NCBI RefSeq assembly: GCF_009914755.1
Contig: NC_060927.1
Reading direction: 5' to 3' (one strand)
DNA from: the human T2T-CHM13v2.0 reference genome, Homo sapiens
Length of the DNA: 64,000 bases
The first letter of the stretch is position 1. Every line of letters starts with the position of its first letter. The notes below the pieces were generated by a model that worked only from the letters and a program-made list of their open reading frames with translations, was not told where the DNA came from and did not search any database. Positions 1 through 15,199 of the stretch are shown here, one piece after another. A program made the translations under genes and the position numbers.

Positions 1-35
1 GAGAGAGAGAGAGACAGAGACAGAGAGACAAGAGA
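1..35. repeat. (GA)n/(GAGACA)n microsatellite, cut by the window edge
   Basis: gagagagagagagacagagacagagagacaagaga. Confidence 0.9.
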
Positions 36-1604
36 TTGTGTGGAGAAATGAGAAAAATCCAATATGTAAATAAATTGCATTATATTTTAAATACTTATAT
101 ATATAAATATGTAATTTTACAAACATGAACATTTATACATATATACATTTATTTGTACAAATAAATATGTATACATACACAAATGTATGCTGTGTATGCA
201 TCTGCCAGAGAAGTATATTTGTCTTTTAATTGGTAGTTCTATAATTAATAATGGCATTACAATGACCATTTTACTGCGGGAGTCAACAATTTATGTCTTT
301 ATCAGCGATAGGATAATCAGTAATTTGAGTGATGGAATGGATAGCAATTTCATGAAAATTTTGAAGCAGTTTTCTAGTCATCCGCCTAAACAATTTGGCA
401 AACAAGTTGCCCAGAGATGATATCATATAATGACATTTCCCAGAAAAATTGTGCAATGAAACATTTCCAAAAATATGGTTGACAAGCACAGTGAAGGATT
501 ATAAAATACATGTTATTGACCAGAAACTGTGGCTCCTAGTATGTTACATCGTGCTAGAAAAAGTTGGAGGCATACTTCTGAAATTCTTGGAGCACCTGTT
601 TCCTAAGCATTTAGCCAGGATTTAAGCTGAAACAAATGTGAAAACAAGATTAATTATATTGTTAGAAAAATGTTTTCTTTTCTTGGGATAAATGCAACAA
701 AAACTGAACTGTTTGCTGACTTATTTAACCCAAGAAACTGACCGTACTCTACAGATACTCCTTTTACATGATGATATTTATGGAAAACTCATTGCCATTA
801 TGTGGAAAAAAAAAAATTGCAGTATTCTTTTAAAATGTAGCATCATTAGCAGAGATTTTTCTTTTCTATAAAAGTTATTGGTAAAAATGTTGCTAGTCAC
901 TATAACAGTAAGTTGCTGTCCATTTACTGAACTACTATAATTGACAGATGTAATCAAGGGGTACTTAAGTGTGGTGCCAATTTTTGTACTATATGCAGCA
1001 TACTTACATTGCCATGCAAAATGGCTGACAAAATATTATGTGTGAAAAGCATTGACCCTTAGCATAACATTGTTTAAGATTAAAGGCAAGAAAAATAGCC
1101 AACTCCATCTGGCCCATACAACTGTCTGTTTTCAACAACCTCAAATTTCTAACCTGCATCAGGTTCTTTTACTTTTATCCTCACTGCCATCCTCCCAGCC
1201 TGGCCACCAGGAGTCTCCATCACTTACGACTCTCCAGCCTAGGAAGTATGGATTGCTGCCTCCAAGAATCCCACTAAAAATGAACAAAGAATTTACTAAG
1301 ACCAAATTTACCTTTCCCCAGACAACTGACTGCATCCTGCTAGTACTTTGCAGGCTGTTTCCCTGCCTTCCTCCCTCTGCTCTATTATCCAGATGGATTT
1401 TTGGCGGTGGCTGTTTTTGGGAACATATAGGACCTGATCTGCCTGGGTATACTTCTGCATTTGTAGGCAAATGCCCAGTCATTGCAAACTGACATACTTA
1501 CTGGGTGGAGGCAGAGAACCTAAACAGCTAAACTGGGTTGGGTAAGGGTCAGCTGAAAAGCAGTCTCAGTGCTGTGGAGACAGTAAGAATGATGGGGACT
1601 CTAG

Positions 1605-1991
<387 letters not shown>

Positions 1992-2089
1992 GCCAAGTGT
2001 TGCTAAAACCTTGAGTTTTTAAGAGAAGCCAGAAGTTTGGTTTTTAAAATGAGAGCGCTCCAGATATTTTTCAGTGAAGGCTTAATTTT

Positions 2090-2735
2090 TACTTTTTTAT
2101 TTCAGAAAATGTTAGATATAGTCAGAAGTGGATAGTAGTTTAGATAGTAGTAGTTTAATGAACTCTCATCACTCAACTTCTGTTACCTCATTGTCCTCAC
2201 TTACCTCTCCCCTGCCCTGATGATTTTGAAGTAAGGTTCAGACATCATATTATTTCACCTATAAACTATATTACCATCATCACACACACCTGAAATGTCT
2301 TCACAATCCCGGGACTGTTCCCATTTCCTCAGTTCTAAGAATGAAGATTTTGTTTCTTTAGTTTGTTGTAATTGGAATTCAAATGTGTGAATATGTGGTT
2401 TGGTTGATATGTCTTAAATATATTTTAATCCATTCATTTTTCCCTTTATCTTTTTCTCTTTCTTGCAACTTGTTTGTTAGATTAATTTGTTTGTCCTGTA
2501 GAGTCTTCCACAAGTATGAGTTTGGCTGACTGCATCCGTGTTGTGTTGCTTAATATTGTTCTCCTGTCCTCTATATTTCCCATAAAGCAATGAAGAGGTT
2601 TAATCAGATACAGGTTCAGTTTTTCTGCCAAGACAGTTTTGTAGGTAGTGACATAGTCCTTTATTAGGAATGCATGGTGTCTGGTTGTCTCTTTTTGTGA
2701 TGGTCATTGCCTGTATCTTTTAATTCATAGGTGGC
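2090..2735 (-). mobile_element. Old L1 3' end (L1MC4/5-like)
   Basis: ttttgaagtaaggttcagacatcatattatttcacc and gtcctgtagagtcttccac..tttggctgactgcatcc motifs typical of the L1MC 3' UTR in antisense. Confidence 0.6.
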
Positions 2736-3384
2736 TCTAATACTTCAAAACATTATGTTTTTGCACACTGCCACCACACATACACATGTGTCTTGGGTCA
2801 GATGCAACCCATGAGTCACCTGTTGGAGAATTCTGTGTATCAAAGTTCAGGCTTGAGCCCTGCCCATGTCTGGAACATGTTGTGATTCATTTAAAGTAAC
2901 TTACTCCCAGTGAGCCCATCCTGACACAGGGAAATGATCTTACCAGATCTACCATTTAGTTTTATATTATCACGTGCCTACTTACAGTGCGTGCAAAAAG
3001 GACCTTTTCCTTCATCAGGGGTTGGGTGGAGAGCATCCCAATGATAAGCATTATTTGTTTGGATCAAATTTCATGCTGTCCTCCCATAAGGCAAATAGAT
3101 CAAATATGTAATATGTATGTATTTTTATCTTTTGAGGTACAAAGTAGACATATCTATTAGTGCCTTTGACGTATGGCCTCTATGAATTTTTCATGATGGA
3201 CTTTGTGGAGAAATGACTTTGCAAATCACACACACACTTGGGACCTATCTTCCATAATGTTGTTATCTTTACCTGTTGTTTGTGTTCATTGGGTAGGGCT
3301 AAGGGAAGTGGATTGTGGTGTTTAGAGGAACATGATTGCAGGATGAACAAGGGGAATAGGCAATACCGTATATACTGGTTAGAC

Positions 3385-3550
3385 TTCCAGGGATAAATAC
3401 CATTGATCCAAATTTCTAACTGTGTGGCCTTGGGAAATGTACTTCATCTCTGTGTTTCCTTCTGTCTGCAATGGGTAATAAGATTTCCCTACCTCAGAGA
3501 GGGTGGCTATAAGAATTAAGGGCTCAATATCTATTTGCCAACTCTGTGAA
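3385..3550 (+). mobile_element. MIR
   Basis: Core ctgtgtggccttgggaaatgtacttcatctctgtgtttccttctgtctgcaatggg..cctacctcagagaggg. Confidence 0.7.
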
Positions 3551-4440
3551 TAGTTTAATCCTTGCATCTGTTTTAGGCAGCAAAGTGTTCTTTGTTGTTG
3601 TTGTTTTTTAAGAGTACATTTTCAATTTTGAAAAAATAAATTCCCAGTATAAAAAATGGAATAGTAGGAAGATGATAAAAATCAGCATAGCCCTATTTTA
3701 TGCTATTTGAAGAGTGTGGCATTAATAGTATGTTCTATGCTTTTTCTTCATGGCTTCTCTGGAGAAATCAAGCACATATGTTGCAGTGTTGAGCCAAACA
3801 TTTTAGTGTACAGACCGAACATCTTTAATCTTGGCTTCATGTATAAGAGTTAAATATTCACGTGGATTAAACTGTACCTGAACATTGTTTTTGTGGAATT
3901 AGAGAAAGTCACACTTGTTAGCTTCTCTGTGAAACATCCCTAGTTTTACATAAATGTGTACAGTATTAAATGTAGTTCAAAGATGGTATCTACCCTGTTT
4001 GTACTTTTATGCTTTCTCTCCAGTCTGTGACCTCTTATTACTGTTTCTTTTGCCTTTTTATCCAGCTCTTAACTCTTAGCCTTTTTCCAGATAAAGTCAA
4101 CCAGAGAGTAGCTCATGGGGTTTTAGAACATATATTTGGAGATCGTTCTGGGGTTAAGGTTTATTTTCTTACTTAGAATAATCTCTTCTAGTCAGTAGAT
4201 CCTGCCTATCTTGAAATGGAGCTGGGTGGCACACACTGAGACAAATACCTGTTGGGATGACTGTCCCCTGTTAATGCTAACCATAGGTCAGGACAAGACC
4301 AACAGATAAGAGCAAGAGCATGATACTCACTCCGTAAGAAATTCTGTTCATCTACAGAAAGCCTTAGGGTGAAACAAAGATAAGAATCCTGGTCTTCTAT
4401 GATGAGTCACTGCCACTGACTGTGTCTGTTTTGTTTTCAG

Positions 4441-4579
4441 GGTGTATGCCATGTACAATTCCGTAAAGGGATCCTGCTCCGAGCCTGTTAGCTTCACCAC
4501 CCACAGCTGTGCACCCGAGTGTCCTTTCCCCCCTAAGCTGGCACATAGGAGCAAAAGTTCACTAACCCTGCAGTGGAAG
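4441..4579 (+). CDS. FNDC3B: FNDC3B coding exon (probable exon 10), 139 nt: (R)VYAMYNSVKGSCSEPVSFTTHSCAPECPFPPKLAHRSKSSLTLQWK
   Basis: Acceptor ttgttttcag|G, donor AAG|gtgggt; phase 2 to 0; overlaps ORF 4442..4624. Confidence 0.96.
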
Positions 4580-4611
4580 GTGGGTAGCTCAAAGCATCAA
4601 GAATCGTCTCA

Positions 4612-4767
4612 ATTTAAAAATTAGCCAGGTGTGGTGGCAACGTGTTCCTAGTCCCAGCTACCTGGGAGGCTGAGGAGGGGGGATCACTTGAACCCAGGAG
4701 TTTCAAGGCTGCAGTGAGCCATGATCACGCCACTGCACTCCACCCTGGGCAACAGAGAAAGAGTCTC
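4612..4767 (+). mobile_element. Alu right monomer (FRAM/AluJ-like), about 30 bp downstream of the exon-10 donor
   Basis: aaattagccaggtgtggtgg..ggatcacttgaacccaggag..aggctgcagtgagccatgatc; no left arm, no tail. Confidence 0.9.
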
Positions 4768-5825
4768 GAGTTAATATAAGGTCAGTCTATAGCCATTTGA
4801 AATATTTTTTAGCACGACTCCAGTCTTGTGATATGTTTGGTTTTCTGCATAGTAAGTATGTGCAACCAACTGTTATATCAAAAGTTGTCATTTCTGTAAG
4901 AGTTGGGCAAAGGGGTGGGAGGAGGGAACTGCAAAATCTAGCTTTAGCTTTTTTTTGCAGCAGTATTTTCTAAATGTCTTCAGGTCATAAGCAATACGTA
5001 TAAGTGATATAGGTACTTAAAATACCTACATCTTATCACTTTCTAATAGTCTAGCTCATTTCAACAAACATTTGAGGACTTTAGCAAAAAGTTTTTATCA
5101 AGAAAGATTCAGAGATAAAGTAGTTTTATGGCCCTTTTGGCACATTTCAGTGGTGATACTGAAATGTTTAATACATAAAACAACCTAGAACATTTAGTGA
5201 TCTAAACTATGTTAGTACTTCATTAAGTTTCACTACTTAGGCCATACACCAGTCAGGATTACTAATTATTTAAGAAAAAAAGACTGAATTATATATTTTC
5301 ATGACATACAATTCACTGGCTAAAATTAGCTGTTACCAAAGAGAGATCATATTGCCCCTTCCTCAAGAGGCATCACTAGCTTGTTAATCATAGTTGTGTG
5401 TTTGTGAGAAAACAGTAGATTGTTATCAATCTCTATAGCAGTTATTTCTCTACATCAATATTTTAAAATATAATTTAAAATGTAAAATAGATGGAGGTAG
5501 AGATAAAGATTTAGGGTTTGGGGGGAGAATAGTAATGTGTGAAAGAAAGAAAATGGCTAGGAAGATCCATTATTAGTGAAGAAATATTTTATCTTTTCAT
5601 TTCTGGCCCAGAGAGTCAGGTTGGTCTAGGGAGCTGATGAAAGCAATTGAGAGTAGTGGTTAGCAGCAAAGCATGGGCCTCAGTTGATCCCTCTTAGGTG
5701 GGCAGCTGCATTCTCATAGCCAGTGGCCAGCATTGAGTGTGTTACTTGGACAGAAGCAAAGTTTAAACTGGCTTAGAATCTGAACTATTTTATTTTCCTT
5801 CCTGGCTTCCAGGGATAATCCAGGT

Positions 5826-6055
5826 CAGTGATTCCCCACCTTTTCAGAGTTTTAACACCCAACTGGCATCATTGTTTAATTCCTTAGAGTATACACATCC
5901 ATTTAAAAAATGTGCTCTATATTTACACATACATATGTAAATATATCTTTGTAAGGAAAGAATTAAAATCCATTTTGTTTGGAAAATATAAGAACTCGTC
6001 TTTAGATGACCTGAGGGATCCCGGGGTCTTATAAACCTAAAGTTGGGAATCACTG
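5826..6055. mobile_element. hAT-Charlie-type MITE, 230 bp
   Basis: Perfect 11-bp terminal inverted repeats cagtgattccc (5826-5836) and gggaatcactg (6045-6055); TSD decayed. Confidence 0.65.
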
Positions 6056-6799
6056 ATGCATACTCTGCTTAAAACCTGGATGAATTTCAGGTCTCAGGCA
6101 GACCAGCAACTTCAAGAAAGAATTTTCTTATTAGGAGGAAAACGTTTCACATTTTCTTTCTCCCTTTCCTCAATTGTAAATCAGAAACATACTCTTGTTC
6201 CATTCAGTCATGTACAAACTTGAAAGTTCTGGATTTAGTTCAGTTTTCATTTAAATGTCCTTAGAACAGATTCCCTGATCAAAGTGCTCCAGGTGGGGGC
6301 ACAAGGACAGGGGAACATTCTCTGGCTGCCAGTCTGTCCTTGAATCCACAAAGACGCTGAAAGCACTAAAGATCTGACATCTTTTTGTTCGTCAGCAACA
6401 GTTATTACTTACATAGGAGATAAGGCAAAACAAAAACCTAAGTCAGTGTACCCACCCTCAAGGAATTAAGGGACTAGTAGTGGGGTAGGATATCATCAAA
6501 GAAACTACCAAAGAACAGTTTTTTTTTGAGTTCTCATCTTAGAGATGGGTTCTCATCTTAGAGAACTTTGATTTTGTCAGTTGTTTATAACTTTAAGTGC
6601 ATCACTATCCTCTCCTCCAGATTGAGCCTGCAAGAGCCTAAAATAACAGTTTAGGACTTAGAGCACTCACCTGAGATCCGAGTTTTGGGACTCAGAGATT
6701 GTGTGACTCTAAAGAGAGAAGGAAGGGAAGGAGAGGGAGAAGAATTTCATTATTAATTTAACTACCATTTACTGGGCCCCTGAGGTTTTATTACTAACC

Positions 6800-7010
6800 A
6801 TAATAGAGCAATAACAACTGTTTACTGAGTGCTTCCTATAAAACTGGGTAGTTTAGTAGGTGATTTACATATTCTCCCAATTATTTATCATACCTATCTA
6901 TTCTTGGAACATGAAATTAGTTGTTGATATTGATATTAAACAGCTAGCACCAGACCACATGCGACAAACAGCCAAGGTAGGATTCAGATACATCTCAGGG
7001 GAAGCTGAGC
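6800..7010 (-). mobile_element. Degenerate MIR
   Basis: ataacaactgtttactgagtgcttcctat..ccagaccacatg..ggtaggattcaga. Confidence 0.5.
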
Positions 7011-7905
7011 TGCCTTTTGCCAGGGGTAAGGCACTGTGCTGTTTGTTAGGCTCTTGCTCTTTCCTAGGGAAGAGTCGGCCCTGGCATGTTTTTGAAGTGG
7101 GAGACACGATCCGACTCCTCTTCCTGGTTGCTTCCCCCAACTTGTAGTTCCACTGTCTCTCTAGATCTGTCTACCCTAATGCTCCAAGAGACCCCACTGC
7201 GGCATCACCTGTAGCTCTTGGAATCCTGAAAAGCATTCTTTTCTCCAGAGTTCTTTACTTCCCTTCCCATTGTTAAAAACCCACTTTCTCAGTGAAGCAG
7301 ATCTCAGCATGCTTTTTAAGAGGAAAGCAAATGATGAAACTTCCCTCTGCTAACGTATGAAGGATGAATAGCCTCTAGTCATCTATCCAGAGGATCACAT
7401 TTTTTCCCCATTTTTTAAAAAGAGGAACCTTAATGTCGCTGATGGCTTTCTAATCTTAAGTACTTTTAAAAAATTAAAAAGCTGTATGTGGGATGTTATA
7501 AAAAGAAAGGCTTGACTGTGCTCCACCAGACCTCCAGCAGTGCCTGTGTTTCTCAGCTGCCTTGTTCTCACTCTACGCTTGAATTCAAAGTCCCTCTTCA
7601 AAGTCCTATCCCCAGAGGAAGTAGCGTACCATGAGGGTGTAAAAAGGGAGAGGTGGTGGTGGTGGTAGGTAGGTTTGGCTATTTGTGGAGTATGATTTAT
7701 TCATAGTGGGGACTCTCTCTACTGTTGAGGTATGTCAAAGTTAGTGTTTGATGATGATTGACCAAGGAACGCAGGAACCATCAGCTTTATCCCCCTGAGG
7801 GGAGAGCAAAGGACTATCATAGACACTGTATGTGAGCCAGGTGGGTAACTCATAAGTTTTGTCTGTGAACAACTTTCTCTAATCTCATGTTACTATTTTT
7901 TTTAG

Positions 7906-7959
7906 GCACCAATTGACAACGGTTCAAAAATCACCAACTACCTTTTAGAGTGGGATGAG
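7906..7959 (+). CDS. FNDC3B: FNDC3B coding exon (probable exon 11), 54 nt: APIDNGSKITNYLLEWDE
   Basis: Acceptor ttttttttag|GCA, donor GAG|gtaagc; phase 0-0; FN3 DNGSxITxY motif; too short for the ORF track. Confidence 0.96.
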
Positions 7960-8662
7960 GTAAGCTTATTTTCATATTCACCCATCTAAAACACCATTTC
8001 AAAAACAAAATTAACTGAACAAATGCCATCTTATTCTTTTATAAGACATGCTAAACACAGAAAAAAGGAATGCTAGTAGAGAAATTTAAATCAATAGTTA
8101 TTGACTATGGAAAATGAAGTTAGATTGAAGTAGTATTATGAGTTGTGTATTGAAATATATGTACCTGGCTTATTTGCAAGCACTACTGCTGAAAGAAAAA
8201 AAGTGGGGTCTTATCTATTTTGGATCTCCAGTGTCTAGCCAGCCAATAATTTGTATTAAAAATTGACTGCTTTGTCATCTTGACTGCTCAGATGATTTTG
8301 ATAAGGTAAAACACACTGCCGCTTGGAAAGCATAATTTGCTTTTCCTTTTTGAATGCCATGTATGTACTTTGGTGTTACACTGTTGAGTGGCCTCTGTGA
8401 GAGCAGAGCAGTACATAGAAGTCACATTCTACCCATGTGCGAGTGCCCTGTGGGTTAGAATGTCCTGTATCGGATGCCCCCCTTGCTGTTCATGTCACCA
8501 GAGGCCCTTGGAAGGTATCTACGGTGGAGTGTCCTTATTCTCAAAGCCACTGTGTGCCAACTGGTGGACCCAGTGCATTTCTGGCCTAGCTAACTCTACA
8601 CACAGAATCTCAGGCAGGAAACACTTGACCTAGAAGCCTTTCATTTCTAAAAAGCAACTGTA

Positions 8663-9016
<354 letters not shown>

Positions 9017-9704
9017 TCATTTGCCCCCACTTTATGCTTTCTCTGGTTGAGAAATTGGCTAAGGATTTTAAGAATAAGAAATGTGGAATTTGGGGAGAAA
9101 TGCAAGTTAGCTAGCCTTCGTGACTTAAATTTGGAGAGATTGAAAGATTTAGAACTTAGGCAAAAAATGACTTGGCAAGTATGGAAAAATATTTTAACCA
9201 AATGTAAAATGAAAACTGGATGGAATTCCCATGATGAAATTTTGATGTGAAAGAGAGGTCCGTCATCACTTTCTGCAGAAGCATATTTTCCCATCTGGGT
9301 TGCATCTGAACAGCTAGAGTTCCAAGTTACCCAGAACAACCGTCTGTTGTTCTTAGGATCGTTTCGAATAGCTTGTACATGCAGGTTGGTAAAATCTCAG
9401 CCTTAACCCGTACATTCTACAGATTAGGTGGATTTCATTTTAAGGTGGTTAATTAGAAAGTGAAACCACCTCTCCAGCCCTTAGAGGTTTTTATAGTCAG
9501 TCAGGAATGTTGGAAAGAAACTCGAATGACCTGTGAGCATATAGTAACATCTTCCCATCTCTTCCTCTTTGTAAGGACAGGTGACCGTTTAATGAAAGTC
9601 TCTTTTTGTATGTTGATTTGTTGCACTCACCTTGTTTTTTCTCATGTCTCGAGGTTCACCAGTACAGAAAAGGCATTTTTTTTTCAGTTATCTTCTTAGG
9701 GCAC

Positions 9705-9752
9705 TGTGTGTGTATGTGCGTGCGTGCATGCACACACTCGTGCATGCATATG
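9705..9752. repeat. Alternating purine-pyrimidine (TG/CG/CA) tract
   Basis: tgtgtgtgtatgtgcgtgcgtgcatgcacacactcgtgcatgcatatg. Confidence 0.8.
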
Positions 9753-10391
9753 AATCCTGTGTTTTTTTACTGCTTCTCTGCCTAAGACCATGAGTTCCTA
9801 AGTTAAGGAAGGCCAAAAAAGTTGAATACATACCTCAGTGGGAAACCTCCAAAGAAAACTCGGGTGCTGCAGGAAATGGTAACTCAGTTACCATTGCTCA
9901 GTTCCTCATCCCTTCCCTTAGAATTTGAAGTGAGAGTGTCGTAGCTGATGATGCTGAGAGGAAGGATGCCACAGCCTCTGCTGAAACAGGACAGGCCACG
10001 TCTGATGACTTTTTATGTTCAGCATGGTCCATTACAGGCTAGCGGTCAAAAAATGTTAAATGGCTGAGTTTTGCCCTCTACCTTTCTCCTACTTGATCTC
10101 CTTCCAGCTTTTCCTCTCACTTTTCTTAATTCCCTTCCCTCTTCTTTCCCCTTTTTCTCTCCCACCTTCAAATTCCTGCTGGTATCAGCTTTGTTGAGCT
10201 TTGCTGAAGATTCCAGGTTAATCGACTCTCATCCACCATGGATCTTTTGCCAACACAGGAATCCTTTTACATTCTGTGGCTTCATGTCCACTTTCTAGAC
10301 ATCTCCTGCCCCCTCAATTCTAAGGCACTCCCTTGCCTTTGGGTGCAACGAGCTTCCTGGCAGGAGAGGATAATTGAAAGAACACCAAGAT

Positions 10392-10485
10392 TAGGAAATA
10401 TGGGTTCTGTTCTGAGTTTTATGCTGGGCAGCTTGACCTCTCTGGTCCTTAGTTTTTTCCATCTGTGAAATGGTGAATAGATTAG
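10392..10485 (+). mobile_element. MIR/MIR3 fragment
   Basis: ctgggcagcttgacctctctggtccttagttttttccatctgtgaaatgg. Confidence 0.65.
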
Positions 10486-12169
10486 TTCACCAGCTTGTGT
10501 GCATTTACATTATTTATGCTCTCACAAAACAGATTATTTAGGATTGTCTCTTCTGACAAGAGAATATTTGGAATCATTTTCACTGTTCATTAATTATTTC
10601 AGCATTTATGGAGTGTGCTCCTCAGTAGTCCACATTGCACATTGTCCTATGAGGGATCTGTGACGTAGTAAAGATAACTGTGATAGCTGTGATAGCTGAA
10701 AAAGCAAACGTACGCCTATCCTCTTGTGCTTTTAAGCAGACACAAATAAAACACGTTGCCATATGCTTCTCAAATTGTTCTGTCCAGTAGCTTCTTTGCT
10801 TTGTATTATACCCCTCTCATTTCCCATCCCCTTATAAAGATGAAAAAATGGTGCTATCGGGTTTCCTGGCAATGAGAATTCAAGCAGTAGTAACAAGTTC
10901 ATTCCTGCCCATCCTGTCATTTCAGAAGTGAAGTTTCTGACAGAACAGTCTGGCAGTCTGTGTTTCTAAATTTAGAGCTAAGTTGAGGATCAGTAGCACT
11001 CTTGAGAGTAGCTCACTTGGGTTGGTCTTTGGGTCCCACATTCCTATGCTATACAGGCCTTAGCTTCAAGAAGGAAACAGGAGAACGGCATCTGGTCTGT
11101 AGGAAGTGTGAACACATAAGGCTCTGGCCATCCCTCTGAATCCTTCTGCTGGTAGTTTCTACAGCCAGGTGCATCTCTTTGGTACCAGGACTGTTTCCAG
11201 ACTCTGCCTTAATAGAAGGCAGTGAGGCAGGAGAATGGGAAGTGGATGTTTTGCTGGAATCACCCTTTCCCCACCCCTCCCCTCTCTAAGAGCCACAGCT
11301 CTCCCCTCCTCTCCTCTTCAAGGATATCTGCTCCAGCCACACACCCATAAACCTGTCTGCCATCCAGGGGGCTGAAGAAACAAACTTAGATTGCAGAAAG
11401 TTTTTGAGGTGCACAGAGACACAAATCACTGCCTGAGAGTGAGACAGTGCTGCTCAGAGTCTTGAAGAAGGGTGTGTTCAGGCATAGCACTCTTCCCTGT
11501 CTCTGCTCTGGCACCTGGTCTGAGAATCATGACTTTGAGGTGAGGTTGCCTCATCTCCATATATGCAACCACTAATGTCCAGGTATCCCCTGCAGCCCCA
11601 TATTTTTATTACAGTATAACAGCATGGATTAGAGTTCCAGAATACTTTAGTCTTTTGTTGTTTGTAATCACCTTTGCAATAAAATGAGTAGAGTAAAATT
11701 TTGAAAGTGTTGGTTAAACAAGAAGACAGGGCATCAAGCCCAGCTTTCAAGCCTCTTAAAAAAAGACTTGCATGGAAAAAGAGCAGCAGCCTTTATTTCT
11801 GCTGAGATTAGGAATGCTGTGCCGAGTTGACCTTCATGGGAAGATCCACCTTAATCAGCAGCTAACTATATGCTGGGCTCTGAAGTACAAGGGCAGGTGG
11901 AACCCTAATGGGGAGCAGAAAACAGAAACGCATTACAGTACAGGGGAAATCTGATCCACCATCTCTCCTCTCTTAAATTCACTGTCATTAATTTTGCATC
12001 ACTGTAGCATAGAATTCACTTGGAAATTACTCATTAATAGTTCTATACTAGGGTTAACTGCCTGTTATTTCTCCATTAATAACTAACTAGACAACATCTT
12101 AATTTTTAAATCAATACAAGAAGTTACTATGACTATGAAATGGTAATTAGCAGCTAAAAACGGAATTTA

Positions 12170-12517
<348 letters not shown>

Positions 12518-13059
12518 TCACCTGAAACAGGTCAGTTTTTATTACTTGAGAAGGTGTGGCCATTCCTTGCCAAGTTCCCTTGTGGTGACTCGTGAGCTTT
12601 AGTGTTTAGAGCCATGGGGTTTAATAACTGACCCCGCATTTTTGTAGATTTTTAGCCGCTTTCCTCCTTCAGGAGACACCCCATTAGGAGCAGAAAGGCA
12701 GAAGGTCATTTTCAAGTCTTTTTCACTTGAACGTTAGATGAGTCACATCACATTTTTATTTCAGTGTCCCCGCCCCCGTGTTTACACTTTAATCTACAAG
12801 CACTTGTCATTCTGATGGGTAGCAGAAAGCAGATCAGAAGCTCCTAAAAAGGAGCTTGGTTAACAGCAAAACAATGACTAGATGCTAGATTTTTCAAGGT
12901 ATAGGTTCTTTCCACAATGGAGAGTCAGTGAGAGGGGGAAGGCGGACACCATGCTTGAGACACTATACCCGTTGGCCGCACCCACACTAATCCCTTTGAC
13001 TGCCCATCTTTTTTGGGCACCCTTCCAAGCTACATTGACCCTGCATTGCTTCTCTTTTC

Positions 13060-13376
<317 letters not shown>

Positions 13377-13890
13377 CTGCTTCTTTTCTTGATGACATAT
13401 CACTATCTAGCAGAGGTGGGAGTTTTTCTCTAGAAGAAGCTATGGGAGAAGGATTGAGGATATAGAGGGCTCTAGGTTAGGGAAGGGCTTTTAGGAAAAA
13501 AAAAACTAGGAACCTCTGGGTTGAGTCATTCATAAATGTCTGCCCAGTCTGTTTTAACGTTCCTAAACAGATCGTGATCTGGCCTTATTCTTGAAAACTT
13601 GAGTAAAGGAGTGAATTTTAATGGGCAAATAAGAACTTTTTATTTTAGAAAAAATTAGTTACATAAAGAAAGTATTTATGCAAAGTTGGCTTGTTTTAAG
13701 TTCTGCCTTAAGATATTGTTTTAATTTGAGCCATACAGAACACTAACTGGTGCTGCTGCAGCTGTCAGAACAAATACAGGTCACCTAAGATCTTGCTATG
13801 AATATGTGGCATGGATTCATATTGATGATATATATCAATGATATGATGTTTATCTAAAGAAACCTGAATTAATCGTCTCAGCTTTGTCTC

Positions 13891-14612
<722 letters not shown>

Positions 14613-14986
14613 GTTTCTAGTTACTCATGGTATACCCCAAGCAGGTAATTTAACGCCTTAGCCTCGGCCTTTCCACTGGAAAAACAGTGTCAGTTATCTC
14701 ACGGGTACGTAAGACTGAATGAGATAAGTTGGACAACAGCCGATTCAGTGTAACGATTGTTCCATATTGTTGATATAAGTTTACCTAAGCAGATGCTAAG
14801 ATCTGAGATAGGGACAGTCAACAATTAGAACAATCATGTATAAGGAATATGACATTCTTCTGTCAGGAACTTAAACAAGAGCCCTGAGGTTTATGTCACT
14901 TGTTTGAACTAAATAAAAACTGATGTTAGTGCTATCGATGGATGTTAACTTGCTATTAGCCTAACTTCTGGACATGACATGCAGGG

Positions 14987-15199
14987 CACAGAATAACCAG
15001 AAAAAGCACTTTGTGGGAATGTGACTACTGGAGTCCCCAAAAACCTTCCTCACTTGTGACCCAGCTAGCCCAAAAGGAAGTTCACATCTGGATACACAGA
15101 ATAACCAGAAAAAGAGCTTTGTGGGAATGTGACTACTGGAGTTCCCAAAAACCTTCCTTACTCATGACTCAGCTAGCCCAAAAGGAAGTTCACATTTGG
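14987..15199. repeat. Two-copy tandem duplication, period 108 bp, about 92% identical
   Basis: cacagaataaccagaaaaag...aggaagttcacat(c/t)tgg starts at 14987 and 15095; 8 mismatches over 105 aligned bp. Confidence 0.95.

Noticed and set aside
1052-1492. 146-aa ORF with an overlapping antisense 107-aa ORF
   Set aside because: Starts at TTG, no recognisable domain, no exon boundaries fitting the FNDC3B frame; compatible with chance.
10080-10170. Pyrimidine-rich tract as a triplex-forming or cryptic acceptor element
   Set aside because: No clear mirror symmetry and no convincing downstream exon; ordinary low-complexity sequence.
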